A DNA stretch of 64,000 nucleotides from Pseudomonadota bacterium (GTDB lineage Bacteria; Bdellovibrionota; Bdellovibrionia; Bdellovibrionales; Bdellovibrionaceae), in NCBI GenBank assembly GCA_041178425.1, contig JBEGVH010000031.1, positions 32,001 to 96,000 on the forward strand, given 5' to 3'. Shown one piece after another: positions 42,181 through 55,468 of the stretch. Position 1 is the first letter of the stretch, and each line of letters starts with the position of its first letter. Both the position numbers and the translations under genes were made by a program. The notes below the pieces were generated by a model. That model was not told the DNA's origin and did no database searches. It worked only from the letters and a program-made list of their open reading frames with translations.

Positions 42181-42876
42181 TTAATGTTCGTGTGCCGTGG
42201 CCATTGAAATATACACCATCGAAAGAAGTGTAAATACGAAGGCCTGAATGAAGCACACAAAAATTCCTAACAAATAAAATGGAATTGGCACAACAACAGG
42301 AACGAGGTCAAGAAACACACCCAAAACGGTATGATCACCCGACATTACGTTGGCCAAGCGCATAGAAAGACTGAAAGGACGGATAAAATTAGAAACGAGT
42401 TCGATGGGTAGCATAATTACGGCTAGGGGCAAAAACGGGCCCAAAAAATGCTTTAGGTAATGAAGGCCGTTTTCTTTGATCCCATAATAATTATAGGCAG
42501 CAAAGGAAAAAAGACCCATCGCAAAGGTTAAATTAATATTTTGGGTAGCAGGAACAACCCCAGGAAGGACACCCATCAAGTTATTAATCAAAATAAAGGT
42601 GAAAAGTGCGGTAAAAAAAGGAACAAATTTACGGCCATGGTGGCCAATAATCATGTCTGACAAACCGACTATAAATTCCGTCAGTAATTCAAAAATGCCC
42701 TTAAAGGAGAATTTCCCAGCAGGAATTACGGCTGCGTCGCCTTTCCCCAGAGACGCACGACCAACAATCGCAGCCAAGATAATGATAGCTGACACTGCTC
42801 CCGCGGTAGCGACATGTGCTAACTCTTCACCAACTCCTGGAACCAGATTTGCCCATGTAAAATGCGATAATGACAT
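42181..42876 (-). CDS. atpB: ATP synthase F0 subunit a
   Basis: PIELVSNFIRPFSLSMRLANV, IQAFVFTLLSMVYI. Confidence 0.96.
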   Translation of the reverse strand: MSLSHFTWANLVPGVGEELAHVATAGAVSAIIILAAIVGRASLGKGDAAVIPAGKFSFKGIFELLTEFIVGLSDMIIGHHGRKFVPFFTALFTFILINNLMGVLPGVVPATQNINLTFAMGLFSFAAYNYYGIKENGLHYLKHFLGPFLPLAVIMLPIELVSNFIRPFSLSMRLANVMSGDHTVLGVFLDLVPVVVPIPFYLLGIFVCFIQAFVFTLLSMVYISMATAHEH

Positions 42877-43059
42877 TGGAACCTTTTCCGTAAAATTTTG
42901 TATTAAGGCTAATAAAGAGAACCTCTTAGTTACCTTAAGACCGCAAAATTCATAAAACGGCCTTCTTCATACAATGAGGGATTTATTTTGGGCAATAAAT
43001 TTCTGCGTCTCAAATTACTTCTTTTTGATTTTTGTAGGAAGGCATCGCTAAAAAAATGC

Positions 43060-43257
43060 CTACATTTTACTCATTCTTTTAAGAAGAAAGAAAATTCGGG
43101 CAAACCATCCGCCAAGTCCTGTAAACGTTAAAAGGATCGTAAAAAGCCCCTTACTTTGAAAGTGCTCATCGAGATATTGGCCAAGCCATATAGAGGCCAA
43201 GACAATTCCGACCGCCTCAAAACCAATTCCAACAAACACTAGCCACTTACTTTTCAT
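43060..43257 (-). CDS. AtpZ/AtpI-type small membrane protein
   Basis: Two TM helices with G.YLD..F motif; upstream of atpB. Confidence 0.8.
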   Translation of the reverse strand: MKSKWLVFVGIGFEAVGIVLASIWLGQYLDEHFQSKGLFTILLTFTGLGGWFARIFFLLKRMSKM

Positions 43258-44066
43258 TCCTTTGGTTTCTTTCTGGGTAAGTCAGAGAAAGTATCGCGAA
43301 TCTTTTTGATGCGTAACTCGATATATTCCTTAGGTTCGTAGAAGGGTTTAATTTCCTCTAAAACTCGAACGGCATCGATATGGTTACCAATTTCTTCGTA
43401 GCAAAGAGATAGGTTGATCGCCACATTTTCTTTTTTTGCCCTCTCGGGAAATTTTTTATTGAGTACTTCAAGCGCTTTTGCTGCTTCGGAGTATTTCTTT
43501 TCTGTCAGTTGGATGTTGGCCTGAAGATACTGGGTATCAAAATCGATTTCAGGTGATAAGTCCGATTCCTGAAGAATCAAGTTGGCCTCATTCCATGAAA
43601 GAGAAAACTGGCCTAGGTAATAATAGCATCGAGCAATAGCCAGTCGAATGCGTGTTTTTTCTTGGCGTGAAATTTGGTTCGATAAAAGCTTTTCATATTC
43701 AATAAGGGCCTTTTCGTATCGACCTAAATTATCAAAGTAAATTTGTGCTATTTGGGATTGGGAACGCCATCTTTCTTCGGCATCAGTTGAATAAAGAATT
43801 AAGAATTTCAGGACATTAATGGCCTTTTCATAGTTCTTTAGTTCAAAAACTAATATTTTAGCGCTTTCACGGGCGGCTCTTATGGCCGCCGGTTTTTCGG
43901 GGGCCCTTTTCATGGTGTTGTCGAATTCGGCTAATGCTTCTCGATAGTCACCAGCCGCTTGATATCTTAACCCAGCCTTTAAATTCCTTTCCTGGGCCGA
44001 ATCACAACCCAGGAATATTATAGGGATTAGAATAATGACGAGCTTACTTAATAGTAGTTGCAGCAC
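43254..44066 (-). CDS. TPR-containing lipoprotein
   Basis: Lipobox FLGC; several TPRs (IAQIYFDNLGRYEKAL, IARCYYYLGQF). Confidence 0.75.
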   Translation of the reverse strand: MLQLLLSKLVIILIPIIFLGCDSAQERNLKAGLRYQAAGDYREALAEFDNTMKRAPEKPAAIRAARESAKILVFELKNYEKAINVLKFLILYSTDAEERWRSQSQIAQIYFDNLGRYEKALIEYEKLLSNQISRQEKTRIRLAIARCYYYLGQFSLSWNEANLILQESDLSPEIDFDTQYLQANIQLTEKKYSEAAKALEVLNKKFPERAKKENVAINLSLCYEEIGNHIDAVRVLEEIKPFYEPKEYIELRIKKIRDTFSDLPRKKPKE

Positions 44067-44096
44067 AACGCCTTCCTTAGCCTCGCAGACAATCTC

Positions 44097-46580
44097 CTAG
44101 TGAATATTTTCAGGCTCTACCGCTGCGTCCTCGGTAGTGCCAGTCGTATCCAAGAGAGTCGCTACTCCTGTAACTAGCTCTTCTTTGTTAATATTAATTA
44201 GCTTCACACCTTGAGTGTTTCTCCCAAGAACGGAAATTTCTCCGCAGCGAGTTCGTATCACTTGCCCTTTGTCTGTGGTTATAATCACCTCATGCTTATC
44301 ACTCACCAATTTAGTGGTTACAACATTACCCACTTTGTCGGTTGTCTTTTGAGTAATAATTCCAACGCCGCCACGACTTTGAGTTCGGTATTCATTAACG
44401 GCAGTCCGCTTTCCGAAGCCTAAGTCGGTCACCATTAAAAGGGTGTCGGTCGTGTCTTTTTTCACAACTTCCATACTCACAACGATATCACCTTTACCAA
44501 GAGTGATCCCTCTAACACCTCTTGCCGAACGCCCCATTGGACGCACATCGCCTTCGTCAAAACGAATAGACATACCATCTTTCGTCGCAACAAAAATATC
44601 ACTTTGTCCGTCACTCAATTTTGCCTCGATAACGTTGTCGTCAAGATCAGTCGTTAGGGCGATGATTCCTGCTTGCCGAGGATTAGAGAAAGCCTCAAGA
44701 GGAGTCTTTTTCACAACTCCCTGCTGAGTGATCATGAATACAAATTTTGATTCACTGAATTCTTCTACTGGTAGAACCGCTTTGACTTTTTCGTTCGCAC
44801 TCAAATTCACAACGTTGGCAATGGATTTGCCTTTAGAGGTTCTATTGCCAAGTGGAAGTCGGTGCACCTTCACCCAATACAATTTACCTTTATCCGTAAA
44901 CACGAGTAGGGTGGTTTTTGTGCTCGCCATGAAAATGTCTACGACATAGTCTTCCTCTCGGGTCTCGATACCCTTAAGGCCCTTGCCCCCGCGCTTTTGC
45001 AAACGGTACTCATCTGGAGACATTCTCTTGATGTAACCCGTGTTGGTGTAGGTGACGATCATGCTCTCTTCTGCGATTAAATCTTCATCTTCAATATCGT
45101 CAACACTACCTTCAATTTTGGTGCGACGTTCGTCGCCAAATTTTTCTTTAATTTCCTGAAGTTCATTCACGATGATCTTATGTATCTCTCGCACATCCGA
45201 GAGAACCATATTGAGCCATTGAATAAGTTCGTTGAGCTCTTTAAGTTCCAACTCGATTTTTTCTCTTTCAAGGCCAGTCAATCGCTGAAGCCTCATCTCC
45301 AGAATGGCTTGAGCTTGTCTGTCGCTAAATCCAAACGTCGACATAAGGGCTTCTTTAGCCGTGTTAGTTTCTTTGGATGCTCGAATGACAGCAATAACTG
45401 CATCAATTTTATCGAGGGCGATAGTTAAGCCCTCTAAGATGTGGGCTCGATCTTTAGCTTTACCAAGATCATAAATGCAACGTTTAGTAACTACTTCTCG
45501 TCGATGATCAATAAACGCCTGAAGCATTCCCTTTAAATCAAAGAGTACAGGTTGGTTGTTGGCATCAAGAGCCAACATCGTAATTCCATAGCTTACCTGC
45601 ATTTGCGTGAACTTATAAAGGCGATTTAAAACAACGCTACCGTTTTCATTTCTCTTCAATGTAATAACGATACGCATACCTTCACGAGAAGACTCATCCC
45701 GAATGTCTGCAATTCCCTCTATTTTCTTTTCGTTAACGAGGTCAGCGATACTCTCAATGAGTTTTGCTTTATTAACCTGATACGGAATTTCGGTGATAAT
45801 GATTTCTTCGCGATCTTTACCTTGAACTATTTCTGCAACAGCCTTGAGAGTAATAATTCCCTTTCCTTTTTTATAGGCCTGCAGAATGCCTTCGCGTCCT
45901 GCAATAACACCTGAGGTAGGAAAATCCGGACCAGGAATCATTTTAATTAAATCATCGATACTTAGCTCAGGATTCTTAATGAGCTCCATACAGCCATCCA
46001 CAACTTCTGATAAATTGTGTGGAGGAATGTTTGTGGCCATACCAACGGCAATACCCGCACTACCATTCACCAATAGGTTTGGAAATTTAGCTGGCAAGAC
46101 GAGAGGAATCTGCAGGGAATCGTCGTAGTTTGGACCGAATGGGACAGTCTGCTTTTCGATGTCAGCCAGAAGCTCCTCAGCAAGAGAGGTCATACGAACT
46201 TCTGTATAACGTTGGGCCGCAGGGCTATCGCCGTCGATGGATCCAAAGTTTCCTTGACCATCAATCAAAGGGTACCGAAGAGAAAAGTCTTGGGCCATTC
46301 TCACCATGGTGTCGTAGACAGCCACATCGCCATGAGGGTGGTATTTACCAATAACATCACCAACAACACGGGCGGACTTTTTATAGGGTTTGTCGTGAGT
46401 GTTGTTTAGATCATATTGGGCGTAGAGAATGCGACGATGCACGGGCTTTAATCCATCGCGAACATCGGGAAGCGCTCTTCCGACAATAACACTCATCGAG
46501 TACTGAAGGTAGGCCTCGCGCATTTCCTTGTTAATATCAACTACGGTAATACCATTATTTGCTTGATTAATTTCTTGCAT
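44097..46580 (-). CDS. gyrA: DNA gyrase subunit A
   Basis: [25 protein letters not shown] catalytic Tyr, GyrA-box QKRGGKG. Confidence 0.98.
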   Translation of the reverse strand: MQEINQANNGITVVDINKEMREAYLQYSMSVIVGRALPDVRDGLKPVHRRILYAQYDLNNTHDKPYKKSARVVGDVIGKYHPHGDVAVYDTMVRMAQDFSLRYPLIDGQGNFGSIDGDSPAAQRYTEVRMTSLAEELLADIEKQTVPFGPNYDDSLQIPLVLPAKFPNLLVNGSAGIAVGMATNIPPHNLSEVVDGCMELIKNPELSIDDLIKMIPGPDFPTSGVIAGREGILQAYKKGKGIITLKAVAEIVQGKDREEIIITEIPYQVNKAKLIESIADLVNEKKIEGIADIRDESSREGMRIVITLKRNENGSVVLNRLYKFTQMQVSYGITMLALDANNQPVLFDLKGMLQAFIDHRREVVTKRCIYDLGKAKDRAHILEGLTIALDKIDAVIAVIRASKETNTAKEALMSTFGFSDRQAQAILEMRLQRLTGLEREKIELELKELNELIQWLNMVLSDVREIHKIIVNELQEIKEKFGDERRTKIEGSVDDIEDEDLIAEESMIVTYTNTGYIKRMSPDEYRLQKRGGKGLKGIETREEDYVVDIFMASTKTTLLVFTDKGKLYWVKVHRLPLGNRTSKGKSIANVVNLSANEKVKAVLPVEEFSESKFVFMITQQGVVKKTPLEAFSNPRQAGIIALTTDLDDNVIEAKLSDGQSDIFVATKDGMSIRFDEGDVRPMGRSARGVRGITLGKGDIVVSMEVVKKDTTDTLLMVTDLGFGKRTAVNEYRTQSRGGVGIITQKTTDKVGNVVTTKLVSDKHEVIITTDKGQVIRTRCGEISVLGRNTQGVKLININKEELVTGVATLLDTTGTTEDAAVEPENIH

Positions 46581-46597
46581 ATTATTTCCAATTTTTT

Positions 46598-49027
<2,430 letters not shown>

Positions 49028-49040
49028 TCATATCCCCCAG

Positions 49041-50165
49041 TTATTGAACAGAAAAATTACCATTGTCCACGGCGATATATCTCTGTGTCTCGTTCGTGAG
49101 ATCACGGCAAAGATAGCGATCCGTCGTGGTAATAAAAATTTGCCCCTCAGTTACATTCAACAATTTAACAAGATTAGCCCTTGTTTGTCCGTCCAGCTCC
49201 GACAATACATCATCGAGAAACAGGATGGGTACTGTACCATAGACCCTCCTATGATACATGAGCTGAGCCAATTTAAAAGATAATATAAGGGCTCTTTGCT
49301 GCCCTTGCGAACAAAAACTTCGTGAGTCTTTGTTATTTATCAAAAATTTGATCTCGTGTTTATGCGGCCCCACCAAACTGTGACCAACTGCCATCTCCGC
49401 GATCTTTAACTCGGAGAGTCTATTCCTCAGATTTTGGCGAATTTGTTCTTTTTGGTAATGCAATGCATTTTTGTCGGAAATCAGGTACTCCACAGAGATT
49501 TCAACAGGTGTTGGGTAGAGATCGTTTGCCACCTTTTTTACATCCTCAAAAATGTGGATAATTCCTTGGATTCTGTGGAAAGAAACCTCCGTAGCAAGTT
49601 CTAGGAACTTCTCCTCATAGGAATCTAAAAGTCCAATGGCCTGCTCTCTAGAAATAACCTGATCTGACAGAGATTTCAGAACTTTGTTTTTAGATTTCAA
49701 AATTCTCATGTAGTCATCAAAGAGGCCCTGGTAGTTTAAATTGGGACAAGTAAAAAGAAAGTGATCAATGAGATCTCTGCGCTCTCCGCTTCCTTCTTTG
49801 ACCGTGGCCAAACTTTCTGGGCTAAACAGGACAACGGGAAACTGATTCGAAAGTCGATTCGAGCTTATCTTTTTTCCGTTATACCAATGATTTTTGCGAC
49901 CATTTTCAACAATAAACCGCAATTCACTTTGTTCTTTTAGCTCCACGCTTAGAGAAACCGATGATTGATTTTGTGAATAACTGGTTAAGTGCGCGTTTTC
50001 GCCATACCGAAAAGTATCGCCTGTTAAGCAAAGATGTATTCCTTCGATGAAATTTGTTTTTCCCTGGCCATTATTTCCTACCAGAATATTTAATCCTGGC
50101 AGGAGATTGATAGTGGTATCTAGAATATTTCGAAATTGAAAAAAACGAATCGACTTAATCCACAT
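49041..50165 (-). CDS. recF: DNA replication/repair protein RecF
   Basis: GNNGQGKTN, CSQGQQR, LDDVLSELD. Confidence 0.95.
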   Translation of the reverse strand: MWIKSIRFFQFRNILDTTINLLPGLNILVGNNGQGKTNFIEGIHLCLTGDTFRYGENAHLTSYSQNQSSVSLSVELKEQSELRFIVENGRKNHWYNGKKISSNRLSNQFPVVLFSPESLATVKEGSGERRDLIDHFLFTCPNLNYQGLFDDYMRILKSKNKVLKSLSDQVISREQAIGLLDSYEEKFLELATEVSFHRIQGIIHIFEDVKKVANDLYPTPVEISVEYLISDKNALHYQKEQIRQNLRNRLSELKIAEMAVGHSLVGPHKHEIKFLINNKDSRSFCSQGQQRALILSFKLAQLMYHRRVYGTVPILFLDDVLSELDGQTRANLVKLLNVTEGQIFITTTDRYLCRDLTNETQRYIAVDNGNFSVQ

Positions 50166-50180
50166 GCCAAAATCTCAGCA

Positions 50181-51308
50181 TTAGAATCTCATCGGCATTA
50201 CAACACACGTATAATTTGCGTCGCCATGAGGTCTTACTATTAAGGGAGAATTCGTATCTTTGAGTTGCAAATCAACTAGCTCAGTCGAGGTGGCCGCCAA
50301 AATTTCAAGTAAATAGCGCGCGTTTAAGTTAACTTTAAAACCAGGTCCATCGTAAGACACTTCAATCTCATCTGATGCATCTCCGAGCTCACTGTTATTT
50401 GAGCTAATCAACATTTTCGATGGACTAACCTCAATGAGAACACTCTTTGATTTTTGATGAGCATGAAAAGAAACTCTCTTAATAGAAGTAAAGAATGGTT
50501 CTCGCGGTAAAATGATATTGTGATTAATTGTTTGTGGAATAAGTTGTTGATAATTGGGATAACGTCCCTCAATAAGTCGAATGAGCAAAATTGTATCTTG
50601 GTGTTTAACAACCAGTTGAGCTCCCTCTATCGACAATTCCACCGAATTATCCACAGTTTCAAGAATCTTATTGAGCTCATGAACCCCTTTTCTCGGTATA
50701 ATCACTCCAAACAACTTTGTTGGGTCTTCTCCAGAAGTCACACCATCCACAGTTCTATTCACAACGGCTAAACGATGTCCGTCGGTGGCAACCATTCGTA
50801 AATTAAATTGGTTGTTACTCCAGTATCGTTCTAAATAAACGCCATTCAGGTGATACCTAGTATCATCGTTTGAAACAGAAAAAATAACTTTAGAAATCAT
50901 CTCTCTGAGAGTTTGGGCTGGGATTTTAGTGAACTCACAGCCACCAATGACAGGGAAAACCGGATATTCCCTCGGATCACTACCATGAAGCTTAGAGCTA
51001 TATCTTTTTTGCTGTATTTGAACCCATGAGTTATCTAGAGCCGTTAAGCGCACAGGGAGATCGTTCAACTCCTTTATAATTTCAAATATGTGTTTAGCAT
51101 GAACCGTCACTCTACCCGGTTTCAAAACCTTTGCCGTTGTTTTGGCGGCTAAACTAATTTCTAAATCTGTGGCGTATACTTTTAGAGTATCTTCCTCTGC
51201 CTCGAAAAGTAGATTAACCAAGTTAGGCATATTAGCTCTTTTTTCTGCTACCGTTTGAGCTAAAGAGATCATCTTGAGAAGTTCTACTTTTTCAATTTCT
51301 ACCTGCAT
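50181..51308 (-). CDS. dnaN: DNA polymerase III beta sliding clamp
   Basis: ATDLEI, RYHLNGV, VATDGHRL, IIPRK, RLIEGRYP, VVMPMRF. Confidence 0.97.
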   Translation of the reverse strand: MQVEIEKVELLKMISLAQTVAEKRANMPNLVNLLFEAEEDTLKVYATDLEISLAAKTTAKVLKPGRVTVHAKHIFEIIKELNDLPVRLTALDNSWVQIQQKRYSSKLHGSDPREYPVFPVIGGCEFTKIPAQTLREMISKVIFSVSNDDTRYHLNGVYLERYWSNNQFNLRMVATDGHRLAVVNRTVDGVTSGEDPTKLFGVIIPRKGVHELNKILETVDNSVELSIEGAQLVVKHQDTILLIRLIEGRYPNYQQLIPQTINHNIILPREPFFTSIKRVSFHAHQKSKSVLIEVSPSKMLISSNNSELGDASDEIEVSYDGPGFKVNLNARYLLEILAATSTELVDLQLKDTNSPLIVRPHGDANYTCVVMPMRF

Positions 51309-51527
51309 GACAGCCCCTTATTTATTTCTTCTAAATATATTTAAATAATTAGTAGTAGTAGTAGTAACGTGGATTCCGTTAGTTATCTACTAACTCCATA
51401 AAAACACTTGCCTTTTAATGTGGACACTCGTGCGTATATCTAAAGCCGAAAACATCATTTTTTGTGGGTAAACGAGATCCACAAAAATATACACTAAGTT
51501 TTCCACAAGGTTATACAATATCCCCAT
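51309..51527. other. oriC: Chromosomal replication origin oriC (dnaA-dnaN intergenic)
   Basis: AT-rich tract 51318-51349; (TAG)5TAA trios 51350-51367; DnaA-box-like 9-mers at 51368, 51383, 51419, 51463 (TGTGGGTAA), 51475, 51499 (TTTTCCACA), 51511; gene orientation flips nearby. Confidence 0.88.
51350..51367 (+). repeat. DnaA-trio element (TAG)5-TAA
   Basis: Trinucleotide repeat between the AT-rich tract and a DnaA-box-like site, as in the B. subtilis basal unwinding system. Confidence 0.8.
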
Positions 51528-52949
51528 TCACAGTCCGTTGATATTGTGGATTCTGGTTGTTAACTCATCGATATCTCTCTTTAAATCAGGATCTGAAGCC
51601 TGTAGACTCTTGACCCGTTCTCTTGCGTTGATAACCGTCGTGTGATCTTTATTGCCAAAAGAACGTCCAATATCGGTTAGTGATTTGCCAAGGTGTTTTT
51701 CGATGAGGAACATGCAAACCTGGCGAGGAATAACGATAGATTTTACTCGGCTTGATCCCTTTAAGTCTTGGAGTCTCACTTTATAGTAGTCAGACACAAT
51801 TCGTTGAATGTCTTCGATCGTGGCCGTGTTTTCATATTCCTGAATAGCCAAAACTTTTCGTGCCAATTCCATATCTATTTGCAGACCCTGTAAATCAGCA
51901 AACATCTTTAGGCGATTCAGGTTTCCTTCGAGTTCGCGGATGCTAGTTTTTGAAATGCGAGCGATATAGTTAATAACTTCTTCGGTGAGTTTTACACCCA
52001 TTCGTTCCGACTTATATCTTAGAATTGCCATTCTCGTTTCTAGATCGGGCATTTGAATATTAGCAATGAGGCCCCACTCTAAGCGGGAACGAATCCGATC
52101 CTCGAGACCATGAATTTCTCGAGGAATTCGGTCGCTAGCGACAATGACCTGTTTTCTTTTTTCGAAAAGCTCATTGAGAGTATGAAAAAACTCCTCCTGA
52201 ACTGATTCACCCCGGCGCAAACCCTGAATATCATCTACAAGGAGCACATCGAGGCCTTCGCGATACTTTTGTCTGAATTTATCCATTTGGCCGTGCCTAA
52301 GGGAAGACACGCACTCGTTTATATAACGATCCACAGAGACGTACACTACTCTCATGTGCGGAAACTTCTCTTTTATGTGATTCCCCGCCGCTATAAGCAA
52401 ATGCGTTTTACCCATACCCACCGGACCACAAATAAAAAGGGGGTTATAACTGCTGCCCGGGTTTTGGGCGATGTTGTAAGTTGCAGCATGGGCAAATTCA
52501 TTATTTTTACCAACAACAAATGTCTGAAAGGTGTAATCGGGATTTAAAATGTCTTCGCTTTTAGGTTTTCCTGCCTGGCTCTGCTGACGAATAGGCGCAC
52601 TATGGTCAGTGGGCGGCAACGGAGACTCCGGTACCTGTGGAGGTTCCAGCAGGAGACTCTGAGAGTCTGCGAGAAAGTTCAGAGACATAGAGTCTTGCAT
52701 AACCAGTTGAATATTAAAGGGTTTCTTAAATAGATTCGCAATTTCTGAGACAATTCCCTCTAGATTATTAGAAATCCAATAGTGATGCATTTTTGACGGA
52801 ACCCCAAGATATAGCATCATAACGCCCTGAATTTCTTCAGTTTTTAGTAGTTGTACCGGCCCAAGCCAAGTTTGAAAAAGCTTGTTCTTATCATTTCGGG
52901 TGGTCAGGTTAGATTTCACCTGTGTCCAAAGATCGCTTAAAGGATCCAC
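51528..52949 (-). CDS. dnaA: Chromosomal replication initiator DnaA
   Basis: YNPLFICGPVGMGKTHL, LLVDDIQ, RIRSRLEWGL, IRELEG, FGNKDHTTV. Confidence 0.98.
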   Translation of the reverse strand: MDPLSDLWTQVKSNLTTRNDKNKLFQTWLGPVQLLKTEEIQGVMMLYLGVPSKMHHYWISNNLEGIVSEIANLFKKPFNIQLVMQDSMSLNFLADSQSLLLEPPQVPESPLPPTDHSAPIRQQSQAGKPKSEDILNPDYTFQTFVVGKNNEFAHAATYNIAQNPGSSYNPLFICGPVGMGKTHLLIAAGNHIKEKFPHMRVVYVSVDRYINECVSSLRHGQMDKFRQKYREGLDVLLVDDIQGLRRGESVQEEFFHTLNELFEKRKQVIVASDRIPREIHGLEDRIRSRLEWGLIANIQMPDLETRMAILRYKSERMGVKLTEEVINYIARISKTSIRELEGNLNRLKMFADLQGLQIDMELARKVLAIQEYENTATIEDIQRIVSDYYKVRLQDLKGSSRVKSIVIPRQVCMFLIEKHLGKSLTDIGRSFGNKDHTTVINARERVKSLQASDPDLKRDIDELTTRIHNINGL

Positions 52950-52988
52950 TTATCCCCCCTTTTTTAAATATGAAAATAACTGAAAATC

Positions 52989-52997
52989 TGTGGAAAA
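52989..52997. promoter_or_regulatory. DnaA box in the dnaA/rpmH divergent promoter region
   Basis: TGTGGAAAA (TTTTCCACA on minus), one mismatch to TTATCCACA. Confidence 0.55.
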
Positions 52998-53123
52998 GTG
53001 GTACTAGCAGAGCCAGAAAATGTTTTCAACTGTTGACCTGGTCGCTTCGTTATGATTTTATTGGCCCTCAAATTTTCATTATAACAGTTAGTGTCGTACT
53101 AATATTAAGACTGGGAGTTTTTA

Positions 53124-53273
53124 ATGAAACGTACATATCAGCCAAAGAACAAGCGTCGCAAAGGTGCACATGGTTTCCGCGCGAGAATGGCTACAAAAAA
53201 TGGTCAACAAGTCCTTTCTAGAAGAAGGGCAAAAGGCAGAAAGAGACTCGTGATCGCTGTCGGTGGAAAGTAA
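53124..53273 (+). CDS. rpmH: 50S ribosomal protein L34 (absent from the ORF track)
   Basis: Hand translation: [57 protein letters not shown]. Confidence 0.97.
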   Translation: MKRTYQPKNKRRKGAHGFRARMATKNGQQVLSRRRAKGRKRLVIAVGGK

Positions 53274-53637
53274 TCTAGAAAAACCGAAAGTCGACAGACT
53301 AAGTTTCCAACGGCTCCGAGAGAAAGGCCACCGAGCACAAACCTGTGGTTGGTTCGTGGTTTATTGGGATAAAAACAATCTTAAAAAGGCCCGTATTCTC
53401 TGGAATATATCTCGGAAGGTGGGAAACTCGGTTGTTAGAAATCGACTTAAGCGCTGGTGTCGGGAGTATGTCAGAGTTAGGTTAAGTGATGTTTTTGCAG
53501 TCCAAGGACTTGACCTGAACATTGCTTTCCGACCTAACCAAAAAGAATTCTACAAGGATCTTAGGCGTGAGGCGTTCGATAAAGAGTTTTATCGACTTGA
53601 AAAAAGAATTAGGAGCACCCTTGCTAAGGATCCTTAG
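53263..53637 (+). CDS. rnpA: Ribonuclease P protein component
   Basis: RNR motif [15 protein letters not shown]; follows rpmH. Confidence 0.9.
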   Translation: MESNLEKPKVDRLSFQRLREKGHRAQTCGWFVVYWDKNNLKKARILWNISRKVGNSVVRNRLKRWCREYVRVRLSDVFAVQGLDLNIAFRPNQKEFYKDLRREAFDKEFYRLEKRIRSTLAKDP

Positions 53638-53869
53638 TTTTTTTTCAATGTTTGCAATGGTGGCATACAGAACCATAGGGTCTCCCCATCTTGGTGGATG
53701 CTGCCGCTTTACGCCAAGTTGCTCGGAATTCGCCCTGGGCTGTTATCACCGCTTCAATTTCTTCAAAGCTTCACAATTAACCTTTAAAAGACTCCTCAGT
53801 TGCAGACCTGGGGGAGGTTTTGGGCATGACCCAATCCCTGAGAGTGGGGATCTCGATGAATCAAGATAA
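53621..53869 (+). CDS. yidD: Membrane protein insertion efficiency factor
   Basis: CRFTPSCS...RLLSCRP..G.DPIP; start guessed at TTG 53621 behind AGGAG. Confidence 0.88.
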   Translation: MLRILSFFSMFAMVAYRTIGSPHLGGCCRFTPSCSEFALGCYHRFNFFKASQLTFKRLLSCRPGGGFGHDPIPESGDLDESR

Positions 53870-55451
53870 CAATAATTTTATGGATTCTAGAACACTTTGG
53901 GCCATTCTTCTCGTCGGAGTTGTGTGGTTTGGGTGGCAAAACTATATCAATAAGAAGTATGGGCAACAATCCCAACAAACTTCTGCCCCAGTTAATGAGC
54001 AAGTTCCAACTACTGCCGCGGCTAATTTAGGAGTTGCGAATAACGCTGTTGTTGCTGTTGGTGGGGTTGAAGAAAAGATCGCAGAAAATCCTGAACGAAG
54101 AATTGATTACTCAAATGCCAATTTCAGAGCGCAGATTTCTTCAAAGGGAATGGCGCTAAAAACATTGGTTCTCAATCAGTTTACCGGCAGAGATAAGAAT
54201 CCAGTCACTTTTTCTGGTGGCGAATTTGGGCTTTTCTCGACTCAACTATCTGGTCGGCCTGTTGAATTTCAAATTTCTCAAGAAGGCGCAGAGACTTTTG
54301 TGGGAGTCGCAGAGGTTGGCGGATTGAAAATCCATAAAAAGTTGGTGTTCTCAGATAACTACAAAGTAAGTATAGAGACGAAGCTAGATTCAACAGAGGG
54401 TGCAATTCCCCCCGTAGAATTGTCAATTGAGGACGATCTTAAAAAGGTTGAAGCTGGAAGCATTTTTTCTCCACCATTAGAATCACAAGAGATTCTAATT
54501 TTGAATAATGAGGGAGAAAAAGATTTTAATATGGCTAGTGAGCCTGAGGGTATCTCCGCAACTATCAACCAAGCTAACTTAGCGAGTATCAATAGCCATT
54601 ATTTTAGCGCTGCCTTTTTAGATAAGTCTGATTTGCTTCCCAGCTTTATTGTTGATCAAAAGCCAAGCGCTCCTTTTTTGAAGGGACAACTAAAATACTC
54701 TTTTTCTGCTGATACCAAGTCCATGGTTCTCAAGGGTATTGGTTATGTTGGCCCTAAAGACATTAATGTTTTAGAGTCCGTTGATCCTAAGTTTCTGAAG
54801 TTGGTGAAGTTTGGATTCTTTTCGGCCATCGCTCAACCTCTTTTATTAACAATGAAGTGGCTAAACAGCTTTATTGGCAACTGGGGATGGTCGATCATTT
54901 TACTAACATTGCTAGTGCGTATGATTGTTATGCCTTTGCATATTATGTCTTTTCGCTCGATGAAGGCGATGCAAAAAGTTCAGCCTTTGATTCAGAATCT
55001 GCGAGATAAATACAAAGACGACCCAATGACTCTGAACAGAGAAATGATGGAACTTATGAAAAGACATAAGGTTAACCCCCTGGGTGGTTGTTTGCCGATG
55101 CTCTTACAAATCCCGGTGTTTTTTGCTCTTTATAGAGTTTTCAGTGAAAGCATAGAATTGTATCAATCGCCATTTATTTTTTGGATTCACGATCTGAGTT
55201 CGAAGGATCCATTTTTTGTGCTGCCAATTTTTATGGCCGCAGTGATGTATCTACAGCAGAAGATGACTCCATCAACCATGGATCCTGCCCAGGCGCGAGT
55301 TATGCAATTCATGCCTATAATTTTTAGTTTGATGATGATTTCATTACCAAGTGCACTTACTCTTTATATGTTTGTGAGTACATTTTTTGGAATTTTACAG
55401 CAGTATTTATTTTTGAGAGACAAGCCAGCCACAGCAGTGGCAATTAAATAG
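53856..55451 (+). CDS. yidC: Membrane protein insertase YidC
   Basis: GNWGWSIILLT, NPLGGCLPMLLQIPVFFALY, WIHDLS..DP; start at ATG 53856. Confidence 0.97.
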   Translation: MNQDNNNFMDSRTLWAILLVGVVWFGWQNYINKKYGQQSQQTSAPVNEQVPTTAAANLGVANNAVVAVGGVEEKIAENPERRIDYSNANFRAQISSKGMALKTLVLNQFTGRDKNPVTFSGGEFGLFSTQLSGRPVEFQISQEGAETFVGVAEVGGLKIHKKLVFSDNYKVSIETKLDSTEGAIPPVELSIEDDLKKVEAGSIFSPPLESQEILILNNEGEKDFNMASEPEGISATINQANLASINSHYFSAAFLDKSDLLPSFIVDQKPSAPFLKGQLKYSFSADTKSMVLKGIGYVGPKDINVLESVDPKFLKLVKFGFFSAIAQPLLLTMKWLNSFIGNWGWSIILLTLLVRMIVMPLHIMSFRSMKAMQKVQPLIQNLRDKYKDDPMTLNREMMELMKRHKVNPLGGCLPMLLQIPVFFALYRVFSESIELYQSPFIFWIHDLSSKDPFFVLPIFMAAVMYLQQKMTPSTMDPAQARVMQFMPIIFSLMMISLPSALTLYMFVSTFFGILQQYLFLRDKPATAVAIK

Positions 55452-55468
55452 CCGGATTAGGAGGAATA

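Noticed and set aside
51350..51367. (TAG)n as a microsatellite or phase-variation tract
   Set aside because: Its position between the AT-rich tract and DnaA boxes is explained by DnaA-trios
52922..53221. 99-aa plus-strand ORF upstream of rnpA
   Set aside because: It spans the dnaA promoter and overlaps the real rpmH in another frame; no recognisable motif
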